From positions 1 through 35,982 of the forward strand of contig CAYOKY010000001.1 of the NCBI GenBank assembly GCA_964404695.1: 35,982 nucleotides of DNA. Direction: 5' to 3'. Positions 1 through 6,905 of the stretch are shown piece after piece. Below the pieces are notes generated by a model. That model was not told the DNA's origin and made no database searches. It saw only the letters and a list, made by a program, of their open reading frames with translations. Both the position numbers and the translations under genes were made by a program. The number at the start of each line of letters is the position of its first letter. Within the stretch, counting starts at the first letter, position 1. The stretch comes from Candidatus Micrarchaeota archaeon (GTDB taxonomy: Archaea; Micrarchaeota; Micrarchaeia; Anstonellales; JAGGVH01).

Positions 1-542
1 CGGAAGACAATTATTTCTAATAATTGTCTTCCGCCTTCAATGTAATAATATGGGTCAAGTTCAAAATAAATCGGGCCCCATGTTGCCATACGTGAAAATA
101 TGATTAATAATAAAATTAATATCAAAGCAAGTTGTGCAAACCATGTTGACCATGTTTTCAAGTGGTTGTGAAGGTCGGGTATTGATTTGATAGTTTTAAA
201 TCCATTCAAAATCGTTTTAAGTTCATTAAACGGTTTGAATAGGAATTGTTTGAACGGTTCAATACCTTCTTTTCTTACGTTATAACCTATTAATGCCAAA
301 CCAAGTAACCCTGTTATGCCAACGTTCATTAAAACCATTTCATAATTGAAAGGCATGCCTGCAAAGTTTTCAATAAAGCTTAACATTGCCGGGAAAAATA
401 AACCTATGATTAAGGATATCATTACCATTTCAAAAATACTCATTTTAGTTTTCCAAAGCAAACCTATACCTACTAATAATCCGGGTATCCATGCATAAAG
501 TATAAGCATCATAAAAAGATAAGTTGGGTCAAATAATAACAT
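1..542 (-). CDS. Polytopic membrane protein, N-terminal ~180 aa only (runs off left edge); tentatively AglB/STT3-like oligosaccharyltransferase
   Basis: Not in the ORF track because there is no stop in the window. Hand translation of the minus strand from ATG 542-540 stays open to base 1: MLLFDPTYLFMMLILYAWIPGLLVGIGLLWKTKMSIFEMV...FAQLALILILLLIIFSRMATWGPIYFELDPYYYIEGGRQLLEIIVF. It has several hydrophobic helices. A TM helix followed about 12 aa later by E-x-D-P-Y-Y-Y resembles the first-loop EFDP(Y/W)F motif of STT3/AglB, but it lies about 160 aa in, later than usual. Confidence 0.45.
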   Translation of the reverse strand, partial: MLLFDPTYLFMMLILYAWIPGLLVGIGLLWKTKMSIFEMVMISLIIGLFFPAMLSFIENFAGMPFNYEMVLMNVGITGLLGLALIGYNVRKEGIEPFKQFLFKPFNELKTILNGFKTIKSIPDLHNHLKTWSTWFAQLALILILLLIIFSRMATWGPIYFELDPYYYIEGGRQLLEIIVF

Positions 543-623
543 GTAATGCACCTCAAATATTCTATTTTAATTTTAAACATTATATTCTAAACATTAATTA
601 AACATTTATAGTACTATACCATT

Positions 624-896
624 TTAAATTTTACCTTGGATGATTCTGAGCGCATCCAGAAGGCCATGGGCATAATTTATTGAACCAAAACCTGTAACAT
701 CATCCTCTTTATCAAGGAAATATTCTGTATCTTTAGTATATCTTTTGGCCAAGTCAATAATCCTTTGAATTTCCTTTTGATCAATATGGGTTTTGTCAAC
801 TTTGATATCGTTTATCACTGATTCAATAAGTTTAACATCATCAATAATTCTTTGTTTGTCTTCTTTTTTTATCTCAGTTTCATTATTTTTATCCAT
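624..896 (-). CDS. Small conserved archaeal protein, DUF357-like
   Basis: 90-aa ORF with SD GGTGAT 5 nt upstream of the ATG (reverse complement of 899-910). The C-terminal motif SINYAHGLLDAL resembles the YAxGWLDA signature I associate with DUF357. The family call is from memory only. Confidence 0.5.
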   Translation of the reverse strand: MDKNNETEIKKEDKQRIIDDVKLIESVINDIKVDKTHIDQKEIQRIIDLAKRYTKDTEYFLDKEDDVTGFGSINYAHGLLDALRIIQGKI

Positions 897-918
897 TCAA
901 TCACCATGCTCTCAGATT

Positions 919-2058
919 TTACGGTTGAACCCATTCAATCTCATAATATTCATATTTACTTTTAGGCAGTTTAATTTTCTTTACGTTATAAAATGTTACA
1001 CTTGTTTCCCTGTCAGATATTGCTAATATCAGGCCAAGCCCCATTTTTTTAGCTTCATTCAATGCGTAAGCCAGTTCTGCGCCCCCAATATATTCTTCTT
1101 CGCCTAAATTCCACATTACATATTTTGGGCTATCTTCCTTGGGTTTGCATACGTTATCCTTTTTTCTGTGATATAATAGAAAATCTAAGCTGACATTTTT
1201 CATTTTATCTTTATCATTTTTAGGTATGGCTAGAATAAATGTTTTTCTTACAGAATGTGCAACTCTTATGGCGCGCGACCATTCTGAAATTAATAGTTTA
1301 CTTGTATACGGGAAGATGTGCAGTACATGTTTTGAATGCATCCATTTTTTATCACTGGCTTTGGGTGCTGCACCGGGGAGGTAAAGTCGGAAATGACTAC
1401 CAAATTTAAATCCTGTCTTTAAAACATAGCCTTTGTTTCTCCATTCTTCATACACATTGTACATTAAGTCAAAAAATTTATGTTTTCTTTTGGCAGTTTT
1501 GATTATGCTTTCAATGTCTTTATTTGTACTCAGTATTTTCTTTTTGATTAAATAAATGGTTTCATAAATGTCAAAATGTAAGAATTTGCCTCGGTGTTCG
1601 CTTTTATATGTGCCGAGCTGACCAAACCAATATTCGTAGTACAGTTCTTTAGCACTGTCTTCAAAATTGTCTAGAATAGTCATCAAATCTTTACTGAAAA
1701 ATGTCCCTTTAAGTTTTATTTTTGGTAATTTTATTTTTGATCCTTTATACTCTTTGGCTTTAAGCGGAGGCATTATTTTTAAAATCTCCTTTTGTGTTTC
1801 TGAATTTTTAAAATCTATGATATATAATCCTCTGTCACGCCATGCCTTATATCCATAATATTTTGACGGTTTGTTCATTAATTCTGAAAAGTTTAGTTTG
1901 CATTCTGCGTTACGAATGTCAATCAAATACATTGCTTCTTCGCAGGACAGGTAAACGTTACCTTTTTTCACTGTCCCCATATTGCCTTTAACTAGTGATG
2001 TTACTGTTTGTGCATCCTTTGCAAATACGGTTTTGCCTTTATTATCTAAGATTAGCAT
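919..2058 (-). CDS. endA: tRNA-splicing endonuclease EndA, long form (about 2-3 units in one chain)
   Basis: GFKFGSHFRLYLPG...HSKHVLHIF...WSRAIRVAHSVRKTFILAI matches the Tyr/His/Lys catalytic C-terminal domain of archaeal EndA. There is an extra N-terminal unit (YLSCEEAMYLID...YKAWRDRGLYI) and a C-terminal structural-type unit (LGLILAISDRETSVTFYNV). A TATA-like TTTATAAAA (reverse complement, about 2075-2090) lies roughly 25 bp upstream of the ATG. Confidence 0.85.
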   Translation of the reverse strand: MLILDNKGKTVFAKDAQTVTSLVKGNMGTVKKGNVYLSCEEAMYLIDIRNAECKLNFSELMNKPSKYYGYKAWRDRGLYIIDFKNSETQKEILKIMPPLKAKEYKGSKIKLPKIKLKGTFFSKDLMTILDNFEDSAKELYYEYWFGQLGTYKSEHRGKFLHFDIYETIYLIKKKILSTNKDIESIIKTAKRKHKFFDLMYNVYEEWRNKGYVLKTGFKFGSHFRLYLPGAAPKASDKKWMHSKHVLHIFPYTSKLLISEWSRAIRVAHSVRKTFILAIPKNDKDKMKNVSLDFLLYHRKKDNVCKPKEDSPKYVMWNLGEEEYIGGAELAYALNEAKKMGLGLILAISDRETSVTFYNVKKIKLPKSKYEYYEIEWVQP

Positions 2059-2204
2059 AAGTTAGTTTTGCTCTTCCTATTTTATAAATATAATGTTAAG
2101 GTTTGCGTTACTGTTTTTGTTTTAAGATTGAGGTAGCTATTAATAATATAATTAATAATTTAACCAATAATAAAAGAAATATAAAGTTAATGGTAAAAGA
2201 AGAT

Positions 2205-2792
2205 TTATCTGATTCCGATTGTTTTACATTTATAACCGTGTTTCATATTTATGCCTGTTGCTTCAAAATCTCCCGAACTGCCTTCAACCGGGGATGTTCC
2301 TGGTTCTTTTTTTGGGGGAGAGGGATTTTGTGGAACTGGTTGTATTTCAGGGTTTTTTTCTGAAGTGTTGCCAGGTGTATCTTTTTGGACAGAATTGTTT
2401 TGTTTTGGAATATCTGTTCTACTTTCTTTTTTTTCTTTTTTATCATTTGTTTTGTTTGTTTTTGTATCTTCTTCTTTTGTATCCCAGACATACCTTAAAC
2501 CATTTTCTGATTCGCTAGCTCTTCTCCCCATTTCTGTTTCAAATACTGAAGATTCTATTCCATGGCCTGTTGGTCTTGAAAATATTTTTTCTATAGGGGT
2601 AGCGCCTGCTTCACTTTCCTGAGCATATAAATTACTGGAGCAACTATAAATACTGACAAGTACAGGAACCATCAGAAATGCCGTTGCAGCTACTGTTCTG
2701 GTTGATATAGTGGGGCTTTTGTCAAGGGGCAATCTGAATTTTTTTAACAATAAACTTGATTTCTTTTCTTTTTTATATATCTTTTTTTTCAT
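2205..2792 (-). CDS. Secreted or membrane-anchored low-complexity K/E/P-rich protein with lipobox-like Cys
   Basis: N-terminal basic stretch, hydrophobic helix AATAFLMVPVLVSIYSC, then polar low complexity. SD AGGTGAT lies just upstream of the ATG, and TATA-like TTTATAAAC lies about 45 bp upstream on the minus strand. Competing plus-strand ORFs (2219-2622) lack such signals. Confidence 0.5.
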   Translation of the reverse strand: MKKKIYKKEKKSSLLLKKFRLPLDKSPTISTRTVAATAFLMVPVLVSIYSCSSNLYAQESEAGATPIEKIFSRPTGHGIESSVFETEMGRRASESENGLRYVWDTKEEDTKTNKTNDKKEKKESRTDIPKQNNSVQKDTPGNTSEKNPEIQPVPQNPSPPKKEPGTSPVEGSSGDFEATGINMKHGYKCKTIGIR

Positions 2793-3142
2793 TCAATCAC
2801 CTGTGTTTATTTGAGGTTATTAATGTTTATAAATGTATGTTTTTATTGAAAACTTCAACCATTTTGTGTAAACGTTAAATAACTATTTCATAACTTTCTT
2901 AAACTGTTTAACCTTGTCAAAGTTTGAATTTTCAAAAGCGTTATTCAAAAAGGCATTTTTGGTTAAGAAGTTATTTTAGAATTGTTAGTAATGTCATTTC
3001 CCCTATGATCAAAAAATCATGTGAAAACCAGATGATGAAATGTTAAATACGACTATAACTGCAATCTGAGAAGAACCAAATCTATTAGGACTAACTTTTT
3101 TTTTGTTAAACCTAAAAGAGAACCATTTTTATGTGTGGGCAG

Positions 3143-3520
3143 TTATTTTACATATTCAATTGTACCTGCATTATTTTGTACTTTGATTGTGCCTTGAATT
3201 GTTGTTGGTTCAATGTTACATGCAATGTATCTGCTATAATTCTGGCCATTGCCTATAACTGTAATATTGTCCCCTGTTTTGCTAATATTAATTTCTGTTG
3301 GAACTTTAACTTTCCTGACATTGCCCGGGCCGAGCACGCAAACGTTGTCTGATGCGTCTGCAATGTCTTCAAATATCATGGCCATTTCAAGTTTTTGATA
3401 GAATTCGTTGTTCCGTTGTGTAATCCCTTGCAAACTTGATAATGAAAACATAATAACAACTAAAAAAATAGCAAAAACAATTAATAATTCCAAAGAAATT
3501 TGAGCTTTCATTGTAATCAT
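3143..3520 (-). CDS. Archaeal type IV pilin-like protein (class III signal peptide)
   Basis: N-terminus M(ITM)KAQISLELLIVFAIFLVVIMF matches K-[GA]-Q-I-S-x-E plus a hydrophobic helix, the prepilin-peptidase substrate pattern. The start may be the internal ATG at 3511. A 2-bp gap separates it from the upstream pilin-like gene. Confidence 0.65.
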   Translation of the reverse strand: MITMKAQISLELLIVFAIFLVVIMFSLSSLQGITQRNNEFYQKLEMAMIFEDIADASDNVCVLGPGNVRKVKVPTEINISKTGDNITVIGNGQNYSRYIACNIEPTTIQGTIKVQNNAGTIEYVK

Positions 3521-3522
3521 TT

Positions 3523-3705
3523 TTAGTTATTCCAAGTTACACTGTCACTAACGTTGGATAGGTTTCCAATAATGTCCTTATTTGTTTCTTCAACCTGTTC
3601 ACTGGTTTCCTGTGCCATACTAACCATTTGTGATGCAACAAGTAAAGCTATTACAACTACTACTGCTAATATGATTAACATTTCAGCTGATATTTGTCCT
3701 TTCAT
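3523..3705 (-). CDS. Short archaeal type IV pilin-like protein (class III signal peptide)
   Basis: MKGQISAEMLIILAVVVVIALLVA is a textbook class III signal peptide with Glu at +5. SD AGGTGAT lies upstream. Confidence 0.7.
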   Translation of the reverse strand: MKGQISAEMLIILAVVVVIALLVASQMVSMAQETSEQVEETNKDIIGNLSNVSDSVTWNN

Positions 3706-3785
3706 TTATAATCACCTAATTTAAATAAAAAAAAGGAAAGTTATAAAGTTAACTGTTTTTGTTGGGTTTTGTCCTAACTTAAAAC

Positions 3786-4397
3786 TTAAACAACTGAATT
3801 GTTTTTATTGGCCTTGTATGACACTATCTTTTCCATTGTTTTCTTAAGTTCATCATGAGTTTCCCTTACTGATTTTTCACTGTTAATTATTATCCACTTT
3901 GCTCCGAACGGTCTTTCAGCTGCAAGTTCTTTGTAAACGTTTCTAACCTTTTTTTGTTTTTCAATATTTTTTTCAATTGTATCTTTACTTATACTTCTTT
4001 CTGCAAGAGTCCCTGGGTCTCCGTCCAATAGAATGACATAGTCAGGTTTGGGCAGTCCAAGTTTTTTAATGTCATTAATCATTTCTTTAACGCCAAGCTT
4101 TGATCCTTCATATGCAATTGTTGAATAGAAATATCTGTTGAGCATGACAACTCCGCGTTCACTTTCCAATTGTATCTCATTCTTTTCTTTAACCATTTCT
4201 CTTAAGAATTCAACAGCAAGTTCTTCATCGCTCAATTTAAGTTCACCCATCAAATGTCTGTTGATTAAAGTGTCGCCTTTTTTTGGAAACTGGTGGAGGT
4301 ATCCATTGGTTACCCACATATTTCTAAGCCATTTATATATAAGTTCCATATGAGTGTCCTTACCAGTAAAATCAATTCCTTCAAATGCAATAATCAT
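3786..4397 (-). CDS. tmk: Thymidylate (dTMP) kinase-like
   Basis: IAFEGIDFTGKDT P-loop, LNRYFYSTIAYEG (DRY..S..AY region) and PKPDYVILLD match the Tmk layout. The Walker A reads GKD rather than GK[ST], which is atypical. SD GGTGAT lies upstream. Confidence 0.7.
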   Translation of the reverse strand: MIIAFEGIDFTGKDTHMELIYKWLRNMWVTNGYLHQFPKKGDTLINRHLMGELKLSDEELAVEFLREMVKEKNEIQLESERGVVMLNRYFYSTIAYEGSKLGVKEMINDIKKLGLPKPDYVILLDGDPGTLAERSISKDTIEKNIEKQKKVRNVYKELAAERPFGAKWIIINSEKSVRETHDELKKTMEKIVSYKANKNNSVV

Positions 4398-4412
4398 ATA
4401 ATCACCGCGATA

Positions 4413-5579
4413 CTATTCAACCTTTTTATTTATAAAATGTTTGACTTTTTCCAGTGATTCCTCAAGTTCCTGTTTCTTTGGAAGGAACACTATGCGGAAT
4501 GAAAGGTCATTAATCAAAGGTGAAAACCCTGAGCCCGGTACTGCCACGACCCCTGTTTCTTTTATCATATCCTTGATCATTTCAGTACTATTTTGCCATG
4601 GTGCTTTGCCGTTAACTTTTATGAACATATAAAATGCGCCCTCTGGTTTAACAGTATGCAATTTATCAGTTTCCTTAATAATCTTGTATGCAGTATCCCG
4701 TTGTTCCCTGAACTTGTTAAGAATCGGAGTAATGTTATATGGTTGTGTGTATGCAGCAATTGCACCGCGTTGGATTTCCCAGTTTATGCATAACCGTGCA
4801 TTGCTTAATTTTTGTATTGCCTGTTTCAAGTCGTCCATGCCCTGGCCATGGAATGATAAGTAACCCAACCGTGATCCTGGGAAAATGAAAACCTTTGAAA
4901 GTCCACTGCCTCGTATAATTTTTACATCTTTGGAAAATTTTACCATTGAATGAAATTCAGCGTCAAAAACCAGTCTGTCATATATCTCATCTGCGATTAT
5001 TGGAATATCATATTCGCCTGCAAGGTTGGCGATTTGGTTTAATGTTTTGTAGGAGTATACTTTGCCAGTAGGGTTGTTAGGATTAATGACTACTATTGCT
5101 TTGGTTTTGTCATTAATCTTTTTTCTCATGTCTTCTACGTCTGGCTCATTGTTTTCGTCGCATAAATAAAAGTTTTGTTGGCCTTCATACATATCGTTTT
5201 TTGTGTTGTATAAAGGATAGCCCGGAGACGGCAACAGAAAATTGTCCCCCTTGTTCATCAATGCCTGGAACAGAAAATCAATACCTTCACTCAATCCAGA
5301 GGTTATGAAAATGTCTTTATCTTCCAGTTTTTCTTTATTTGCAATGACTTTTCGCAGTTCTGGGTCGCCTTCAGAGGGTGCATACCCGTGCCATTTGCCT
5401 TCCTTGAACGCTTGAACTATTGCATCAACAATGTGTTGTGGGGGCATGTAACCGTATTTGCAGGGATCTCCAATATTTAAATAAGTCATTTCCATGCCCT
5501 GACTTTCAATCTTCTTAGCTTCCAAAACAATGTCTCTTATAGCATAATGTAAATGGTTAATTCTGTTTGCAAGTTTCAT
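4413..5579 (-). CDS. PLP-dependent aminotransferase, class I/II (Asp/Ala aminotransferase-like)
   Basis: VINPNNPTGKVYS and SGLSKVFIFPGSRLGY (PLP lysine motif SxxK...R.GY). 388 aa. SD GGAGG lies upstream. Confidence 0.85.
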   Translation of the reverse strand: MKLANRINHLHYAIRDIVLEAKKIESQGMEMTYLNIGDPCKYGYMPPQHIVDAIVQAFKEGKWHGYAPSEGDPELRKVIANKEKLEDKDIFITSGLSEGIDFLFQALMNKGDNFLLPSPGYPLYNTKNDMYEGQQNFYLCDENNEPDVEDMRKKINDKTKAIVVINPNNPTGKVYSYKTLNQIANLAGEYDIPIIADEIYDRLVFDAEFHSMVKFSKDVKIIRGSGLSKVFIFPGSRLGYLSFHGQGMDDLKQAIQKLSNARLCINWEIQRGAIAAYTQPYNITPILNKFREQRDTAYKIIKETDKLHTVKPEGAFYMFIKVNGKAPWQNSTEMIKDMIKETGVVAVPGSGFSPLINDLSFRIVFLPKKQELEESLEKVKHFINKKVE

Positions 5580-5813
5580 TTTATCGCCTCCTAACGTCTT
5601 AATATTTAATATTTTACTAGCTTTTTTCCTACAGAAAAATTATTTATAAAGCCTTGAGTTTGGATATAAACGTAAATTTCCCGGTTTTTATTTTGGAGTA
5701 ATATTTTTAAAGATTGGGATTGTTAAATGGAATAGGTTTTTTAGAGTAGATTTGATTATGTCTAATTATTAAATATTTATGAAAATAAATATTTATGAGG
5801 GAAGGGTGAAGAA

Positions 5814-6452
5814 ATGGATGAAATGGAAAAAATGAAGACTGGTACTACAACTTTAGGTCTTGTTTGTAAGGAAGGTGTAGTTTTGGCTTCGGATAAAAGA
5901 GCAACAATGGGTTATATGATTTCTAATAAATCTGTTATTAAGGTTGAACAACTTGATAAACATATAGGTATGACTATTGCAGGGGGAGTTGGTGACGCTC
6001 AAAAACTTGTAAGATGGATGAAGAGCGAGCTTGAATTGTTCCGAATGAAAGAAGAGCAAGGAATTAGTGTTAAAGGTGCATCTACACTTTTAGCGAATGT
6101 TTTATCTAATTATAAATTTTATCCATTTTTTGTTCAGTTGATTCTTGGTGGTTATGACAATGAACCAAGATTGTTTAGCCTGGACATGGCTGGTGGAGTA
6201 ACTTCAGATAAATACGTTTCAACTGGTAGCGGTTCTCCGTATGTTTATGGTTTGCTTGAAACTGAATACAATGAGGAAATGACTATTAAGGACGCATTAA
6301 AGTTTGCTGCCAAATGTATTACTGCTGCAAGTAAGCGGGATATTGCTTCTGGCAACGGCGTAACTATGGCAGTTATAACCAAAGAAGGGTTCCGTTATCT
6401 TAGTCAGGATGAAATATCCAAGCTTGGTGTTCAGATATTGAAAGAATATTAA
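5814..6452 (+). CDS. psmB: Proteasome subunit beta
   Basis: MDEMEKMKTG|TTTLGLVCKEGVVLASDKRAT gives a short propeptide and catalytic Thr, followed by GSGS and typical Ntn-hydrolase spacing. SD GGGTGA lies upstream. Confidence 0.95.
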   Translation: MDEMEKMKTGTTTLGLVCKEGVVLASDKRATMGYMISNKSVIKVEQLDKHIGMTIAGGVGDAQKLVRWMKSELELFRMKEEQGISVKGASTLLANVLSNYKFYPFFVQLILGGYDNEPRLFSLDMAGGVTSDKYVSTGSGSPYVYGLLETEYNEEMTIKDALKFAAKCITAASKRDIASGNGVTMAVITKEGFRYLSQDEISKLGVQILKEY

Positions 6453-6479
6453 ATTAAGATAAAGTTGTTTCAATAATTT

Positions 6480-6508
6480 TAGTATACTTTTTTATTTTTT
6501 GTATACTA
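6480..6508 (+). terminator. Hairpin with T-rich loop downstream of psmB
   Basis: TAGTATAC (6480-6487) and GTATACTA (6501-6508) form a perfect 8-bp stem around TTTTTTATTTTTT, 28 nt after the psmB stop. Confidence 0.35.
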
Positions 6509-6595
6509 TTATAAACTTTTAGATTAATGTGTTGAGAATGTATTAACAATTTAAAATTTTTTTAATATTTGAAATTTTAAATTATGTAAATAAAT

Positions 6596-6650
6596 CGTAA
6601 AACTGTGACCGTAACTGTGACCGTAACTGTGACCGTAACTGTGACCGTAA
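6596..6650. repeat. Tandem repeat, 12-bp unit CGTAACTGTGAC, about 4.5 copies
   Basis: Three perfect copies at 6610-6621, 6622-6633 and 6634-6645. They are flanked by a 14-nt variant (6596-6609) and a partial copy (6646-6650). Confidence 0.9.
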
Positions 6651-6670
6651 AATAGTATATAATCATATTT

Positions 6671-6821
6671 TGTAAAAATATACCTAAAATGTGTAAATGA
6701 AATATATTTGTAAAATATATGTAAAATATACATAAAATATGCAGATACATAAAATATGTGTAAAATATCTTGTAAAAATAGATGTGACAAATCCCAATTA
6801 TTAATGAAATGTAAAAAATAT
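6671..6821 (+). repeat. Array of 8-9 same-orientation [T/C][G/A]TAAAA(A)TAT boxes, mostly about 11 bp apart
   Basis: Boxes start at 6671, 6709, 6720, 6731, 6748, 6759, 6771 and 6810 (TGTAAAAATAT, TGTAAAATATAT, TGTAAAATATAC, CATAAAATATG x2, TGTAAAATATC, TGTAAAAATAG, TGTAAAAAATAT). Confidence 0.7.
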
Positions 6822-6879
6822 TGGTTAAGAGCTAACAATTATGGATGAAGATCATGAATAAACCAGTCATGAAAAAATG

Positions 6880-6888
6880 TTATAAATA
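6880..6888 (+). promoter_or_regulatory. TATA-like box for aCPSF1 (possibly leaderless mRNA)
   Basis: TTATAAATA is centred about 22 bp upstream of ATG 6906, with no SD in between. Confidence 0.3.
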
Positions 6889-6905
6889 ATATGTATCCAT
6901 TATAA

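Noticed and set aside
2219-2622. Plus-strand ORFs (99 and 123 aa) overlapping the 2205-2792 minus gene
   Set aside because: All frames here are low complexity. Only the minus-strand ORF has an SD, a TATA-like box and a signal-anchor N-terminus. The region remains my least certain CDS.
3032-3069. Box C/D sRNA candidate (AUGAUGA ... CUGA) in the 2793-3142 spacer
   Set aside because: Only 27 nt lie between the boxes, there are no C'/D' boxes, and there is no terminal stem. Such short motifs are expected by chance in AT-rich DNA.
6596-6821. Replication origin
   Set aside because: The region is AT-rich and repeat-rich. However, I see no ORB or mini-ORB-like inverted repeats and no adjacent orc1/cdc6 gene, and skew cannot be assessed from one window. 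I keep it only as one option in the finding.
6551-6838. 95-aa minus-strand ORF containing YGHSYGHSYGHSYGHS
   Set aside because: The peptide repeat is simply the 12-bp tandem DNA repeat read through. The rest is the AT-rich TGTAAAATAT array. It has no SD, and I treat it as noncoding.
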